Below, in pieces: positions 39,280-50,762 of a stretch of DNA of 64,000 nt (the stretch's first letter is position 1; each line of letters begins with the position of its first letter). The translations under genes were made by a program, and so were the position numbers. This DNA comes from Macrostomum lignano (Eukaryota), in assembly GCA_002269645.1 (NCBI GenBank), contig NIVC01000415.1:372001-436000 (forward strand). Reading direction: 5' to 3'. A model generated the notes under the pieces. The model was not told the DNA's origin. It ran no database searches and was given only the letters and a program-made list of their open reading frames with translations.

Positions 39280-39549
39280 TCAGCAGCTTAAAATAAGCAT
39301 CCACCAAGCTAGCGCTTTCCAAAGCGCGATTATGCTGCCCCAGCGATATCCATTCGGTCCATTCCACCAGAAACGCCAGCTGTTGTCTCCGGAACTGGCC
39401 GGCTGGTTTGAGTCCCGACTCTGCAGCAGAGGCTGGTAGGACAGCTGCGTCGAGTACCAGAGCATTCGGCTGTTCCAAGGAGCCGCCTGCACAGGCGCAA
39501 GCACGCCTACATGCAGCAGCAGAACTAGTAGGAAACCGTAGCGACTCAT
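39280..39549 (-). CDS. Trp-rich small secreted-peptide precursor, copy 1 (89 aa)
   Basis: Signal-peptide-like MSRYGFLLVLLLHVGVLAPVQA; frame conserved with copy 2 (synonymous changes and a 3-nt indel); conserved TATA box upstream and AATAAA at 38626-38631. Confidence 0.68.
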   Translation of the reverse strand: MSRYGFLLVLLLHVGVLAPVQAAPWNSRMLWYSTQLSYQPLLQSRDSNQPASSGDNSWRFWWNGPNGYRWGSIIALWKALAWWMLILSC

Positions 39550-39642
39550 GCTTAAAACTGCTCAACTTTATAAGCTTTCTCAGTTATCTCAAGGGTCAAA
39601 CTACTGCGAAGAGAAGCATGAAATTCTTGACTCGCCAAACTG

Positions 39643-39650
39643 TATTTATA
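39643..39650 (-). promoter_or_regulatory. TATA box of peptide gene copy 1
   Basis: TATAAATA within a CCGCCGGTATAAATACAGTTTGGCGAGTCAA block identical in both copies. Confidence 0.6.
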
Positions 39651-39964
39651 CCGGCGGATTGGTTTGAAATCGAAGTTAGGAATGGACCAATAGGGACAGA
39701 GGTCGGATGGGGCTGAGGTGCCGAGCACTGACTCAACTGACTCTCGCGTCAATCCTGCGATAGTTTTTATCGAAACATAATCTGGCCTATCGAATCGTGA
39801 AGTATAATCCAGTCGTATAATGAAGTAGCTTAAGTGACAATATAAACTATTTTTCCGAATTATAAACTTGCCCAGATCAATTAGAGCCCCGGGCAACCCC
39901 AAGCATGATATTATCGTCTAGAGAAACATGTACTCGTATTAGGGGCAGCAACGCAGGGCGAAAG

Positions 39965-40235
39965 GAAGCGCCAGAGCCATACTGTAAGGAAGCGCCAGAG
40001 CCATACTGCAAGGAAGCGCCAGAGCCATACTGCAAGGAAGCGCCATGCAGAGCCATACTGCAAGGAAGCGCCAGAGCCATACTGCAAGGAAGCGCCAGAG
40101 CCATACTGCAAGGAAGCGCCAGAGCCATACTGCAAGGAAGCGCCAGAGCCATACTGCAAGGAAGCGCCAGAGCCATACTGCAAGGAAGCGCCATGCAGAG
40201 CCATACTGCAAGGAAGCGCCAGAGCTGTACTGTAA
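39965..40235. repeat. 24-bp repeat (GCGCCAGAGCCATACTGCAAGGAA)
   Basis: ~11 units here, 2-3 more at 41376-41450, and a single unit at the paralogous site near 57640. Confidence 0.9.
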
Positions 40236-40239
40236 GGAT

Positions 40240-41376
40240 TTTTCTGCCGCGACCCCATCAACACCCACATGGACCCGGACAATGTGGATAGTCGCCTCCC
40301 AGCTCTCAACATCAGGAGGGGCTTCCAGACCGCCATCCCTGGACGAGACAGCATTCCACTGGATGTCGGCGTGAACCAGCGCAGCCAGGGCATTCACTGC
40401 TTCACCGACGGCTCGCTGTTCAACGGGCGCGCTGGTGCGGTCATCGCCATTTTCCACGAGGTTAAGATCCTCTTCCAGGAAAGTCTGCACCTCAGTGAGA
40501 ACACCTCGGTTTTCCAAGCCGAAATTTGCGCCATTGAGCAGTGCGCCCAGCACCTGCTCCAGGTGAACATTAATAATTTCAATATTCACTTTTACAACTG
40601 ATAGCCAAGCCACTATCAAGGCTTTAACCACCGAGAAAATCTCCGCTGCTACAGTATCTCAATGCCACCGCAGTGTGCAATCCCTCTCAGTCCTTAACAG
40701 GATTAGAATTATCTGGACACCCGGTCACAGCAACTCCTGGGCGACGAGCTCGCGGATTCACTCGCCAAGGAGGGCAGCAACCCAGACGGCAACCACCGTC
40801 TGATGAGGCTACCCACTCCCAGGTCGCAAGTCACCCGCTATATCAACAGGTGGCTCCATCAGCAGCACCAGCTCCACTGGAACAGCTGCACCGAGTACAG
40901 GCAGACCCGCTTCCGAGTACAGAAACCTGAACAGGAAAGTCTCTGACTATCTGATATCGCTTAACAGAACCGACCTCATGGAGATGTGCATGGCCCTAAC
41001 CGGCCATGGATTCTTCCAGAGACATATCTCGTTGCAAACCGGTTGCCCTCCCACCTGCCCTTCTGTGGCATCACGTCACCTTCTGCCCTTACTTCAACAA
41101 GGCGCGGCACAAATACCTCGGCCACCCCCAGCGGATGGACGAGCTGACTACCCCGGAAAAATTCCTGACCTCTGCGCATTCGTCCGGGATACCGGCCGGA
41201 TGAGGGTCGCCGATGCCTCCCACTGCGAACCTGCCGACTACTGGCGAGGGCTGGGCGCACCCCCAGGGTTAATCCAAGGACCCCTGGTCGCTTTTACCTT
41301 GGGGTTGCGATAGAGGCGTCGCGGCCTATTCACGGCGCCTGCGCCCCTCGTCAGTAGTACTAGTAAGTAAGTAAGC
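40240..41376 (+). mobile_element. 5'-truncated non-LTR retrotransposon 3' end (RNase H + C-terminal Cys/His region), frameshifted
   Basis: CFTDGS..SVFQAEI..TDSQA..WTPGH..ELADSLAKEG spread across frames, then LTGHG..CP.C..H..FCP; ends in a (TAAG)3 tail. Confidence 0.85.
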
Positions 41377-41574
41377 GCCAGAGACAAACTGCAAGGGAGC
41401 GCCAGAGCCATACTGTAAGGAAGCACCAGACCTGTACTGTAAGGAAGTGCCATACGAGTATACTCGTACTGTAAGCCGATAGCAGCCGATGTTTGGGGGT
41501 CGCCGCTTCCTTTCCTTTCCCCTGGCTTCAAACCCGTCTGTGGCACCAGGTGTTCCAGGTGTGTTATGTTCCTC

Positions 41575-41895
41575 AACACATCTGTACCATAGACACTTGC
41601 CAACACATCTGTACCATAGACACTTACCAACACAATCTGTACCATAGACACTTACCAACAAAATCTGTACCATAGACACTTACCAACACAATCTGTACCA
41701 TAGACACTTGCCAACACATCTGTACCATAGACACTTACCAACACAATCTGTACCATAGACACTTACCAACAAAATCTGTACCATAGACACTTGCCAACAA
41801 AATCTGTACCATAGACACTTGCCAACACATCTGTACCATAGACACTTGCAAACACAATCTGTACCATAGACACTTGCCAACACATCTGTACCATA
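41575..41895. repeat. 28-bp minisatellite family X, array 1 (TCTGTACCATAGACACTT[GC/AC]CAACACAA)
   Basis: Same family at 54575-55145 and 57665-58790. Confidence 0.95.
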
Positions 41896-42879
41896 GGTAA
41901 CTCACAGGGTAGTGCAACATTGCCAAAATTATCCGTTTATTGTACGAAAATAATTCTAAGGGTCCGGATTAACACAATTTACACTAAATACATGTATGAG
42001 CTCGTAAAGGCATTAATGATAACAAAAAAATAAGACTGATAACATTAGAACTTTAAAGGCACCGCCATAGTTCTATTGGGAATTAAGAAAGATAAGACAA
42101 AACATGAAACATTAAAAGTAAACCAAGCGAAAGGATTCGAGCTCCAGATTCAAATTAAACACAGTTGAAAGAGTAGATAGAAATTGGCAATGAGCAGGCA
42201 GTGCTTCCTTCGTGTAAAAGAATATTTCCAAGTTAAATATCAGCAGTTCAATTCAAAGCTGTTAAAAATTTCAATGGCGCAAAAGGCTTTACTTTCTATT
42301 GTTTTTATTGGTAAAATAAAGTTTATCTGCGACATGCTACTCATAGTATAGAAAAAAGACACGAAAAAATAATTATGAGATTTTCATGTAATACGAGAGT
42401 AACTTACAAAATTGATAGCTATTGTGTAATAACAGTTTACAATGATGCAAGAGAACACAGTAAAAAGCTTTAAAGTAGTCATGCCGTAGCTCTATCAATC
42501 CTATAAAAATTATTTTAATGTCAGATATTTCTTTTAGACATTTTTGGCATTGACTTAAAATAACTCCAGTCCAGATGCTACCTCTAGAAGTCTTTGGCAT
42601 CGCCTAAAGATAATTCCAGTACAGAGGCTGACCCCTATAAGTCCTTGGCCATTTTGTACATTCAGACCATATTTAGTCCAGATTTTATTTCTAAAAGTCT
42701 TTGGCATTACTTTGAAAATCATTTCATTCTAGACACCATCTTTAGTGGGTTTTGGCCCTATATCAACACTTAGAACAAATTAGAACAAGTTCGTATAGAC
42801 AACAATCACAGCCCAGATAATATCTGTAGGTCTGCCGTATAAGACCTTAGATCCCATTCCTTCCTTGGCTACGAAGAAT

Positions 42880-43002
42880 TCACTTGACCCCTTGACCCCT
42901 CGAAAAGGTGCACCTTCGTTTTGGCATTGTACGAGCGTAAGCTGCAGGCAGCTCCTGCTGTTGCTGCTGCTGTTGCTACTGCTGTTGCTGCTGTTGCTCC
43001 TG

Positions 43003-43071
<69 letters not shown>
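42880..43071 (-). pseudogene. Degenerate polyQ terminal exon of the ELPP-motif gene, copy 1
   Basis: Positional paralog of 60333-60884; a CAG/CAA run with an in-frame TAG at 42978-42976, then ELPAAYART..GVK*. Confidence 0.5.
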
Positions 43072-43079
<8 letters not shown>

Positions 43080-43741
43080 TCGAAATTGAATAAATTAAGA
43101 AAGGAAAATTATTGATGGCAAATCGATAGAGCAACAAAGATTAGGCAATACAATTATAGATTACAGTGATGGATTTCTAATCTAGCCAACAGTATTGATA
43201 CAGAGAATGTAATGGATTGCTAATCCAGCCAACAGTATTGATACAGAGAATGCAATGGATTGCTTATCTAGTCAACGTCATTGATAAAGAAATATAATTA
43301 TGGATCTTAATTATGAATAATTTAGCAAATAATTGATAAATAGTTATGAATCTAGTCAGTTGTATAGATACAGGGAATATAATGGATTACTAAACTATAC
43401 CTTACCTACAACGAATTCAAAGGTACCATAATGGGTTATTAGTCAGACGTGAAATGCATAGGTAGGTGTTGCAAGCAGCTGTCTTTTCTCAGCAGGAATT
43501 ATAAACAAACGTGCGGTCAAAGCTGATTTACCCAGGGTAGGCGACTGAAAATTGCTGAGGGAAAATTTTACAAACGTCTGATGCTGGGCGCAAAAGATGG
43601 CGTCTGATAGACAGAAGAAACAAGAATGGTCCCATCTGCTGCGAAAACAAGCACTTTGAAGCCAGGTGCAGATTGAGCTACGTGGCGCCTGGGTAATAAG
43701 CATAGGTATTTCCTATTTGCAGATCTGTGCTACAGACTTTT

Positions 43742-43777
43742 TCATGCTAGCACGCGGCTGAAGAAAGGTGCAACCTG
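43742..43777 (-). CDS. Putative short alternative terminal exon (QVAPFFSRVLA*), copy 1
   Basis: TCTCAG|CAG acceptor, phase 0 with the upstream VVK exon; conserved in copy 2 together with ~300 nt of downstream sequence. Confidence 0.45.
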   Translation of the reverse strand, partial: QVAPFFSRVLA

Positions 43778-43789
43778 CTGAGACTCGAA

Positions 43790-44335
43790 TTCCAAACTAC
43801 TCAAACTCGAACCCCTGCTCAAACTCGAACCCCTGCTCAAACTCGAACCCCTACTCAAACTCGAATCCCCCCTACTCAAACTCGAATCCCCCTACTCAAA
43901 CTCGAATCCCCCTACTCAAACTCGAATCCCCCCTACTCAAACTCGAATCCCCCTACTCAAACTCGAATCCCCCTACTCAAACTCGAATCCACCCAACTCA
44001 AACTCGAATCCCCCCTACTCAAACTCGATTCCCAACCTACTGAGACTCGAATTCCAAACTACTCAAACTCGAATCCCAACCTACTGATACTCGAATTCCA
44101 ACCCACTCAAACTCGAACCCCTACTCAAACTCGAATCCCCCCTACTCAAACTCGAATCCCCCTACTCAAACTCGAATCCACCCTACTCAAACTCGAATCC
44201 CCCCTACTCAAACTCGATTCCCAACCTACTGATACTCGAATTCCAAACTACTCAAACTCGAATCCCAACCTACTGAGACTCGAATTCCAAACTACTCAAA
44301 CTCGAATCCCACCCTACTTAAACTCGAGTAGACTA
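43790..44335. repeat. ~20-bp minisatellite (ACTCAAACTCGAATCCCCCCT)
   Basis: Tandem units; shorter paralog at 61390-61610. Confidence 0.9.
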
Positions 44336-44403
44336 CTCGACTAAACTCTCTTAAAACTTGAATTCCAAACTGTTCACAAGGCCAAATAAAAAAGTCTACT
44401 CAC

Positions 44404-44682
44404 TTTAACTACACCAAACGTTGCCGTCGATCTGGGAGTTTTCACTAGAGAGCCTCGCTTACCGCCGCCGCTGCCGCCGCCGCTACCGCCGCCGCCGCTT
44501 CTACAGTCAGCGGGACTATTGGACGTTGATGCACCAGGATTTTCAACCGGCTGTTTCTGATCAAAGAAATAAATTAAATCTTTGACTGTATCTCTTTTGT
44601 TCGGGCCTGCTTCTGTGGCGCCTGTGTCTTCATTGTCAGCTTGTTGGCCGTTCAGCGGATGAGAAGCATCGGATCCTGCAGC
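44404..44682 (-). CDS. ELPP-motif/polyQ gene copy 1, internal exon
   Basis: AATCAG| AAGSD...TVKDLIYFFDQKQ...GKRGSLVKTPRSTATFGVVK |GTGAGT, 279 nt, phase 0-0; paralog of 61651-61932. Confidence 0.65.
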
Positions 44683-44929
44683 CTGATTTAAATTGTATAA
44701 CAGTATAATACTTGCTGTAAGCCTGCAATACTTCAGTCTGAGATTAGTACTAAAAGGCTGAAGCATCGTTTTGCTAAATTAAAAAAAAATCAAAAAATTC
44801 TGTACTTTACAGTTTAGCTTCCTTCGAATTCAATTTTTTTGCGAACGCATAGATCAATATTATCCATTATTATCAATCTATCCATCCATGCAGTATACTA
44901 AAAATGGTTTATCTCTACCTAGGTGCGTG

Positions 44930-45895
44930 ATTTGTTTCCGAAAAAAACGGCTCAGTGATTTGTTTCCGAAAAAAACGGCTCAGTGATTTGTTTCCGAAAA
45001 ACGGCTCAATGATTCTTTTCCGAAAAAACGGCTCAGTGATTTGTTTCCGAAAAACGGCTCAGTGATTTGTTTCCGAAAAAACGGCTCAATGATTCTTTTC
45101 CGAAAAACGGCTCAGTGATTTGTTTCCGAAAAACGGCTCAGTGATTTGTTTCCGAAAAACGGCTCAATGATTCTTTTCCGAAAAAACGGCTCAGTGATTT
45201 GTTTCCGAAAAACGGCTCAGTGATTTGTTTCCGAAAAAAACGGCTCAGTGATTTGTTTCCGAAAAAAACGGCTCAGTGATTTGTTTCCGAAAAACGGCTC
45301 AATGATTTGTTTCCGAAAAAACGGCTCAGTGATTTGTTTCCGAAAAAACGGCTCAGTGATTTGTTTCCGAAAAAACGGCTCAGTGATTTGTTTCCGAAAA
45401 AACGGCTCAGTGATTTGTTTCCGAAAAAAACGGCTCAGTGATTTGTTTCCGAAAAAACGGCTCAGTGATTTGTTTCCGAAAAAAACGGCTCAGTGATTTG
45501 TTTCCGAAAAAAACGGCTCAGTGATTTGTTTCCGAAAAAACGGCTCAGTGATTTGTTTCCGAAAAAACGGCTCAGTGATTTGTTTCCGAAAAAAACGGCT
45601 CAGTGATTTGTTTCCGAAAAAAACGGCTCAGTGATTTGTTTCCGAAAAACGGCTCAATGATTCTTTTCCGAAAAAACGGCTCAGTGATTTGTTTCCGAAA
45701 AACGGCTCAATGATTCTTTTCCGAAAAAACGGCTCAGTGATTTGTTTCCGAAAAACGGCTCAGTGATTTGTTTCCGAAAAACGGCTCAATGATTCTTTTC
45801 CGAAAAAACGGCTCAGTGATTTGTTTCCGAAAAACGGCTCAGTGATTTGTTTCCGAAAAAACGGCTCAGTGATTTGTTTCCGAAAAAACGGCTCA
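44930..45895. repeat. 26-28-bp minisatellite (CGGCTCAGTGATTTGTTTCCGAAAAAA)
   Basis: ~35 units with a variable A-run. Confidence 0.95.
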
Positions 45896-45922
45896 ACCGA
45901 TTTTATGAAACTTGCCCCGTTA

Positions 45923-48354
45923 TGTAAAGTCGGAAGACTGCGGTTTAAGCTGAGCGAGAAAACAGAGGCCCAAACTGGCCTCCACGCCTGCAAGTTAGCG
46001 ATTTATATATTTTTTGAGTTTCTAAATATGAACAATACGACGTACATGAATCATTGACCGCGTGCAACCCAAGATGTACGAACTACATTGATATTATATT
46101 ATAACTCACTCACTCAGTTAGGGAAAATTTATAACAATATTGCAAGGCAATACATTTCTCCTGAAAAGCTAAACTGCTCAGAAACGCGAAATAAAATGAT
46201 AAGGAATAAGGAATAAAAGATGAAGGGTAAAAATGCACATTGGCTCAGTTCTTAGCACAAACTAGGCGTCAAACTCTGTAGCTGATAGGCTTGTCCTTGG
46301 CCGCGCGTCCGCTTCTGGTGGTGGGTCCTCAGCCGCTGTCAGAGTCCGGATGTGCGTCAGCTAGTGGCGAGTGCATGTCCGGTCGCCTTGCCGCGGGAGG
46401 TAGGAATTGCCTCGCTTGTCGGTGAAAGTCCAGGGTTCAACCTCGAAAGGCATCTAGATGCGTATCTCGGTTGCGCTGGTGAATCCCATGCTGAGTCTGG
46501 TCAGTCGCATATGACCCAGTGGGGTGCTGAAGGTGAAGATGTGACGGGATTCCGGTTTGACAAGAATCTGATGAAAAGCCTTCACGATGTCGAGCTCGCT
46601 GAATACCGTGGAACCCGCCATCTCATCCGCGATCTCCTCAAAGGTTCGGATGGGCTTCTTTTCTGGCACGGCAAATGAGTTGACGTCACGCAGGTCCTGG
46701 CAGATGTGGACAGCACTGCTTACTTTCGGGACGACAACCATGCGAGAGACCCACGGTGACAGGCCGTTGATGATGCCTTGGTCGAGGAGGGCCTGTAGTT
46801 CCGCGATGACCGCCGACCGCTGGTGGACGGGAACTCTGGAGGGTGTGTGGCAGACCGAGACAGCTTCTGGTCGAAGACAAACGTTAACCTCGACGCCCTT
46901 CACGCAGCCAAGACCTTCGAAGATGGACTGGAACTCACCAAGGATGCTGCTGATGCGGAGTTCGGTTGGAAGTTCTTGGTCAACACCTCTGTACTTGGTG
47001 AACAGTGCTTGAATACTTGATGCAGCTGAATTTTCCGTGGGCCGCACAGTTGACTTCAGCCGTTTGATGTTGGATGTGCAGAATTCCCATGTTGAAAGCG
47101 GTGTCTCGTATCGTTCCACAGCCTTTAGTGATGTGAAATGAAACTAGTTGTCTGCTAGCTGCGGTGCTCACGTTGAGGTCGGCGACACCCAAGACTTGGA
47201 GAGGCGTTGTGGATCCGTAGCTGAAAATTGGATGAATGGCGTTGCGCAGCCGAACATTTCTTAGCCACCGGAAGTTGTCTCCGCTCAAGGCGTTGCAGCT
47301 GGCTCCACTATCCACGAGTACAATGAAGTCCTTGCCCTCGATCTTCAGACGAGTGTTGGCGGAGTTGTGTCTGGGCGCAGGTTTTTGCGACTGGATAGTG
47401 AAGGCCTCCTCGTTAAGCGAATCGTGATCGATGAAGATCGCCTCAGCTTCTTTGTCCGCTACGGCGTTGATGCTGGAGCTTGTTTGAGGCCTGCCTTGTC
47501 TGCATGCTTTGGCGAGGTGGTTTGGCTTGCCGCATGCCTGGCAGGTGCTGCCTTTTGCCGCGTTGCATGAGCTGTGCCCGCGTTCGCCGCATTGATAGCA
47601 GGTGGTTGGCCCGCTGTTTGCTGGGCCACCGGGGACCCGCTGACTGTTCGGGAGCGTTTCGCTGTCTCTGAACTGCTTCAACTGCTTTCAACGCATCGCT
47701 CATGGACTCCTGCAGCCTGAATGTTGGACTCCTGCAGCAATATTCGTCAAAGTTTATCGGAGCAGCATGTCGCCACTAACTGATCTCTGATTAAGGAGTT
47801 CTTGAGTGCTAAGAACTCTCATGCCTCTCATGAGTTGAGTCGGGAGTACCAGGAGTCCACGGGCTCTCCTGTTTGCTGAACACATGGGCGATGTTGCTGA
47901 ACACATAGGCGAAACTGATAGCGGAAAAATACGATGCTGTTGCGCTCCTTGAAGTGCTCTTTAGTTGCTGCAAACAGAGTTTTAAGGCTGCCTTTCTTGT
48001 CATTTAGCAGGTCCTTTATGCCTTGCGCGATTTCTCTGCCGGCCGTGTGGGCCAGAAGCGTGCACTTCTGAGTTTCGTCTTTGATGCCTGATGCTTCGAT
48101 AAAGATGCTTGATCAGACCATTTGTTATAGCGTTTACCGGCATTCTGTTGATCAGCAATAGTGTGCTGAATTGCTCAGGGGGTGGCAGTGAGATTAATTG
48201 AGCTATGATCGAGTGGCTAGCCAAAATAAGCTTGCTTGCGAGGCCACTGTAATGTCGAAAGACTGCGGTTTGAGCTGAGATGTACATTGATATTATAATA
48301 TAACTCACTCACTCAGTTAGGGGAAATCGATAAAAATATTGCAAGACAATTACA
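45923..48354 (-). mobile_element. Internally deleted Ty3/Gypsy LTR retrotransposon (two-knuckle gag, Mag-like)
   Basis: LTRs TGTAA..TACA at 45923-46154 and 48248-48354, near-TSD CGTTA/CGTTC, TGG PBS-like start. Gag remnants with stops (LIRDQLV), two CCHC knuckles, protease VLVDSGAS, RT N-half (SPW..VVVPK..DLRDVN..FSELDIVKAFHQI). No YxDD, RNase H or integrase core recognisable. Confidence 0.9.
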
Positions 48355-49246
48355 CGTTCGATCGGAAATTTTCCCATGATGGTACATCAGTCTGGGCTAA
48401 AAAAATTCTCGATGCTAAAGGCATTAAATAAGAGCTACTCAATAAGCAGCTTTTTAAAAGCTTAAGCAGACTTTTCGACTTGAAACACGTCGTAAGAATG
48501 CTAGAGAAAGAACTGATTGACTATTGCGATTCTGAGAAAGATTGCATCACACCAGGGTTTTTTAGTAAGTTTACTGACTGAATTGTGACTCCGACTTGAA
48601 TTGCGTCACAGTGTTTAAAACAGTGTGGAAGCAAAGTACAAGACGTGATTTAGATTGCGTAACCAAATTGTTAACTTTAATGGAGAATATCAGACTTATT
48701 GAATCATCAATTACGTCATAACTGTTTTCTGAGTTTTACTCCAACTGACTCGACTTAATGTGAGTGTTGAATGCTAAGTGATACAATTCATGTCATCAGT
48801 TGGATGAGAGCTAGCCTAGACGTGAACGAACTGAACTGCTAATGCAGCGACAGGTTCGAATTTTGAGAGTCTGATTTTATTATTAAATGATTCTTAATAA
48901 TAAAGTGAAGAAAACTCATGGAAAGGAAAAAAAGACATAAAAGTAGCGTCATGTCAAATATAAAAGATTCATTGGGAAATTGCTAAGATGTCAAAGCTCA
49001 TAGAAAATTTCTTAGATCAAGGCTTACGGGGTAATTTCTGAGATGTCAAGGCAGACGGTGGATTGATGAAATGTCAAAGCTGAGATATCAGGAGCTTAAT
49101 TCATAAAACATTATTCCAGTCTTTCTTGCCTCCCCAACAGGGGGCGGTTGATTACTACTTCCAAGACCTAAACTTCACAAGACCTTAACTTCACAAGACC
49201 TAAACTTCCCAATACCTAAACTTCATTATGAAAGGCGGACGGGCCC

Positions 49247-49631
49247 TTAAAAGACTAAAGGGCCGAAGCGGGACATTGCAGGGTCACGACGTCTTACTGG
49301 GTTGTTGCCTGAATTGCGTCGTCTCCTGACTAGCTTGTACGCCAAGCCCACTGAGACGGCAATCAGCAAGATGGCTCCCAAACCAACGGAACAGAAAATC
49401 GCTATCTGAGCTCTCCGATAATGAACCGTACGATTTGTGCTTAGCTTCAGTTGAACCAGCTTCATGAGTTCGCCGCCGCTGCAGTGCGCTGAGCTCGGTA
49501 CGGAGCGGGCAGTCTCCGGGAAGCTCAGCAGCGACAGCATCCGGCTGCTGCAGTTAACGAACTCGACCACTGCTGAGTCTGTGTCAGTCACCCTTAGTGA
49601 CAGGCATGGATCTCTCTCTCGGCCAGTCAGT
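49247..49631 (-). CDS. C-type-lectin-like membrane protein, terminal exon (TM + short basic tail)
   Basis: TTTCCAG| in phase; CLSLRV..EFVNCSS..; TM IAIFCSVGLGAILLIAVSVGLAY followed by KLVRRRR. Confidence 0.72.
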
Positions 49632-49890
49632 CTGGAAACATTATAATTGTGCACTTAGATTTCTGTAGATTAGCTCACCAACAGCGTGAATGCATGGCTT
49701 AGCCAAACAGGCCCAGGGCAGATTGATAAGAAACTATCAAAGGCCATAGCTACGAGTAGAATGGTCACCAATTCAGAGGACAACAAACCCTCCAACTGGT
49801 TCTAAAATTTGCCATACACGCGAGATGGGGACAGACAGAGATGAAATTTAAACAATTAAAAACAAAATTCCAACAGACTCAAAGCCTTAC

Positions 49891-50053
49891 GAAAAGTTCA
49901 ACGAATTCGACACAAGCTGCAGAAGGCAGCCGCTGTCACTCCTGGCCGCGGACAACACGGCACCAGCTGATGCGTTGTGGAACATGCCCAGGCGGACCGG
50001 CTGTTTCAGACTCAGAGGCCGTTGGAAGGGTAGCTTATTCTGCCTAGCCGTGT
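49891..50053 (-). CDS. C-type-lectin-like membrane protein, internal exon
   Basis: CTGCAG| ... TC|GTAAGG, 163 nt, open in the phase required by both neighbours. Confidence 0.68.
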
Positions 50054-50145
50054 CTGCAGTTCAATGAGATGGGATTTGTGTGCTTGAGGCGGCTCGTACT
50101 TACTTAAAAACGAGTCAATTGCGAATACAACTCATAATGACTAAC

Positions 50146-50387
50146 TGGCAGCGATGAACTCGCTGATCTCAGCCATGCTGGAGAAGCTGGCCAGCTGAGC
50201 ATCGCCTCCAACGCTATCCGTAGCGTCTGCCATACTCTGCCGCACTGCACTGACAGCATAGCAGCTGCCATTGAACCACAGCATGTCTCGGCCGCACTGT
50301 CCCGGAATCGGCAGCAATATCCTCAGGTTGTCGGAGCTCGGTTTCTGCACTCGTGGATCCCAGTTGAGATCGACGGTGAAGCGCCGA
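50146..50387 (-). CDS. C-type-lectin-like membrane protein, exon with the start of the CTLD
   Basis: CGRDMLWFNGSCYAVS....A.....AQLASFSSMAEISEFI is a CTLD N-terminal signature; TTTTAG| and |GTTAGT junctions. Confidence 0.75.
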
Positions 50388-50465
50388 CTAAAATGAAGTC
50401 GCCAAGTTTTCCTTGATTCATTGAAAACTAACGAGACAAACAGTATCAGCTTGAGCTCTACTCAC

Positions 50466-50762
50466 TGCTCTGTTGCTGGTCGAACTTGAAACATCCCAGT
50501 CGTAACGATGATGAAATCGCGGTTCAAGAAGTCGACCGACATTTTGGCTTCCCCATCGATGTTGCGGGGCACCGCTGCAATCACGAGCTGCATTCCGGGC
50601 TTGGCTGTCTTCAATCTGATGTCCCACGTGCACTTCTTTGGCTGATTTTGAGACGTTCCACGAAGAACCCGGGGAATTATCGTCTCATTCCTGTTGCGTT
50701 CTTCATCCAATTCTACCATCGTTATCTCTCCGTTGATGCAGTAGTGGTGATTTGCAACCGAT
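50466..50762 (-). CDS. C-type-lectin-like membrane protein, exon with a CUB-like region; 5' exons not resolved
   Basis: TTTGCAG| HYCINGE...NQPKKCTWDIRL...; CA|GTGAGT donor and a 78-nt intron to the next exon. Confidence 0.65.

Noticed and set aside
42865-43115. Plus-strand poly-Leu and poly-Ala ORFs (also 60362-60980)
   Set aside because: These are antisense readings of the CAG/CAA polyQ tracts
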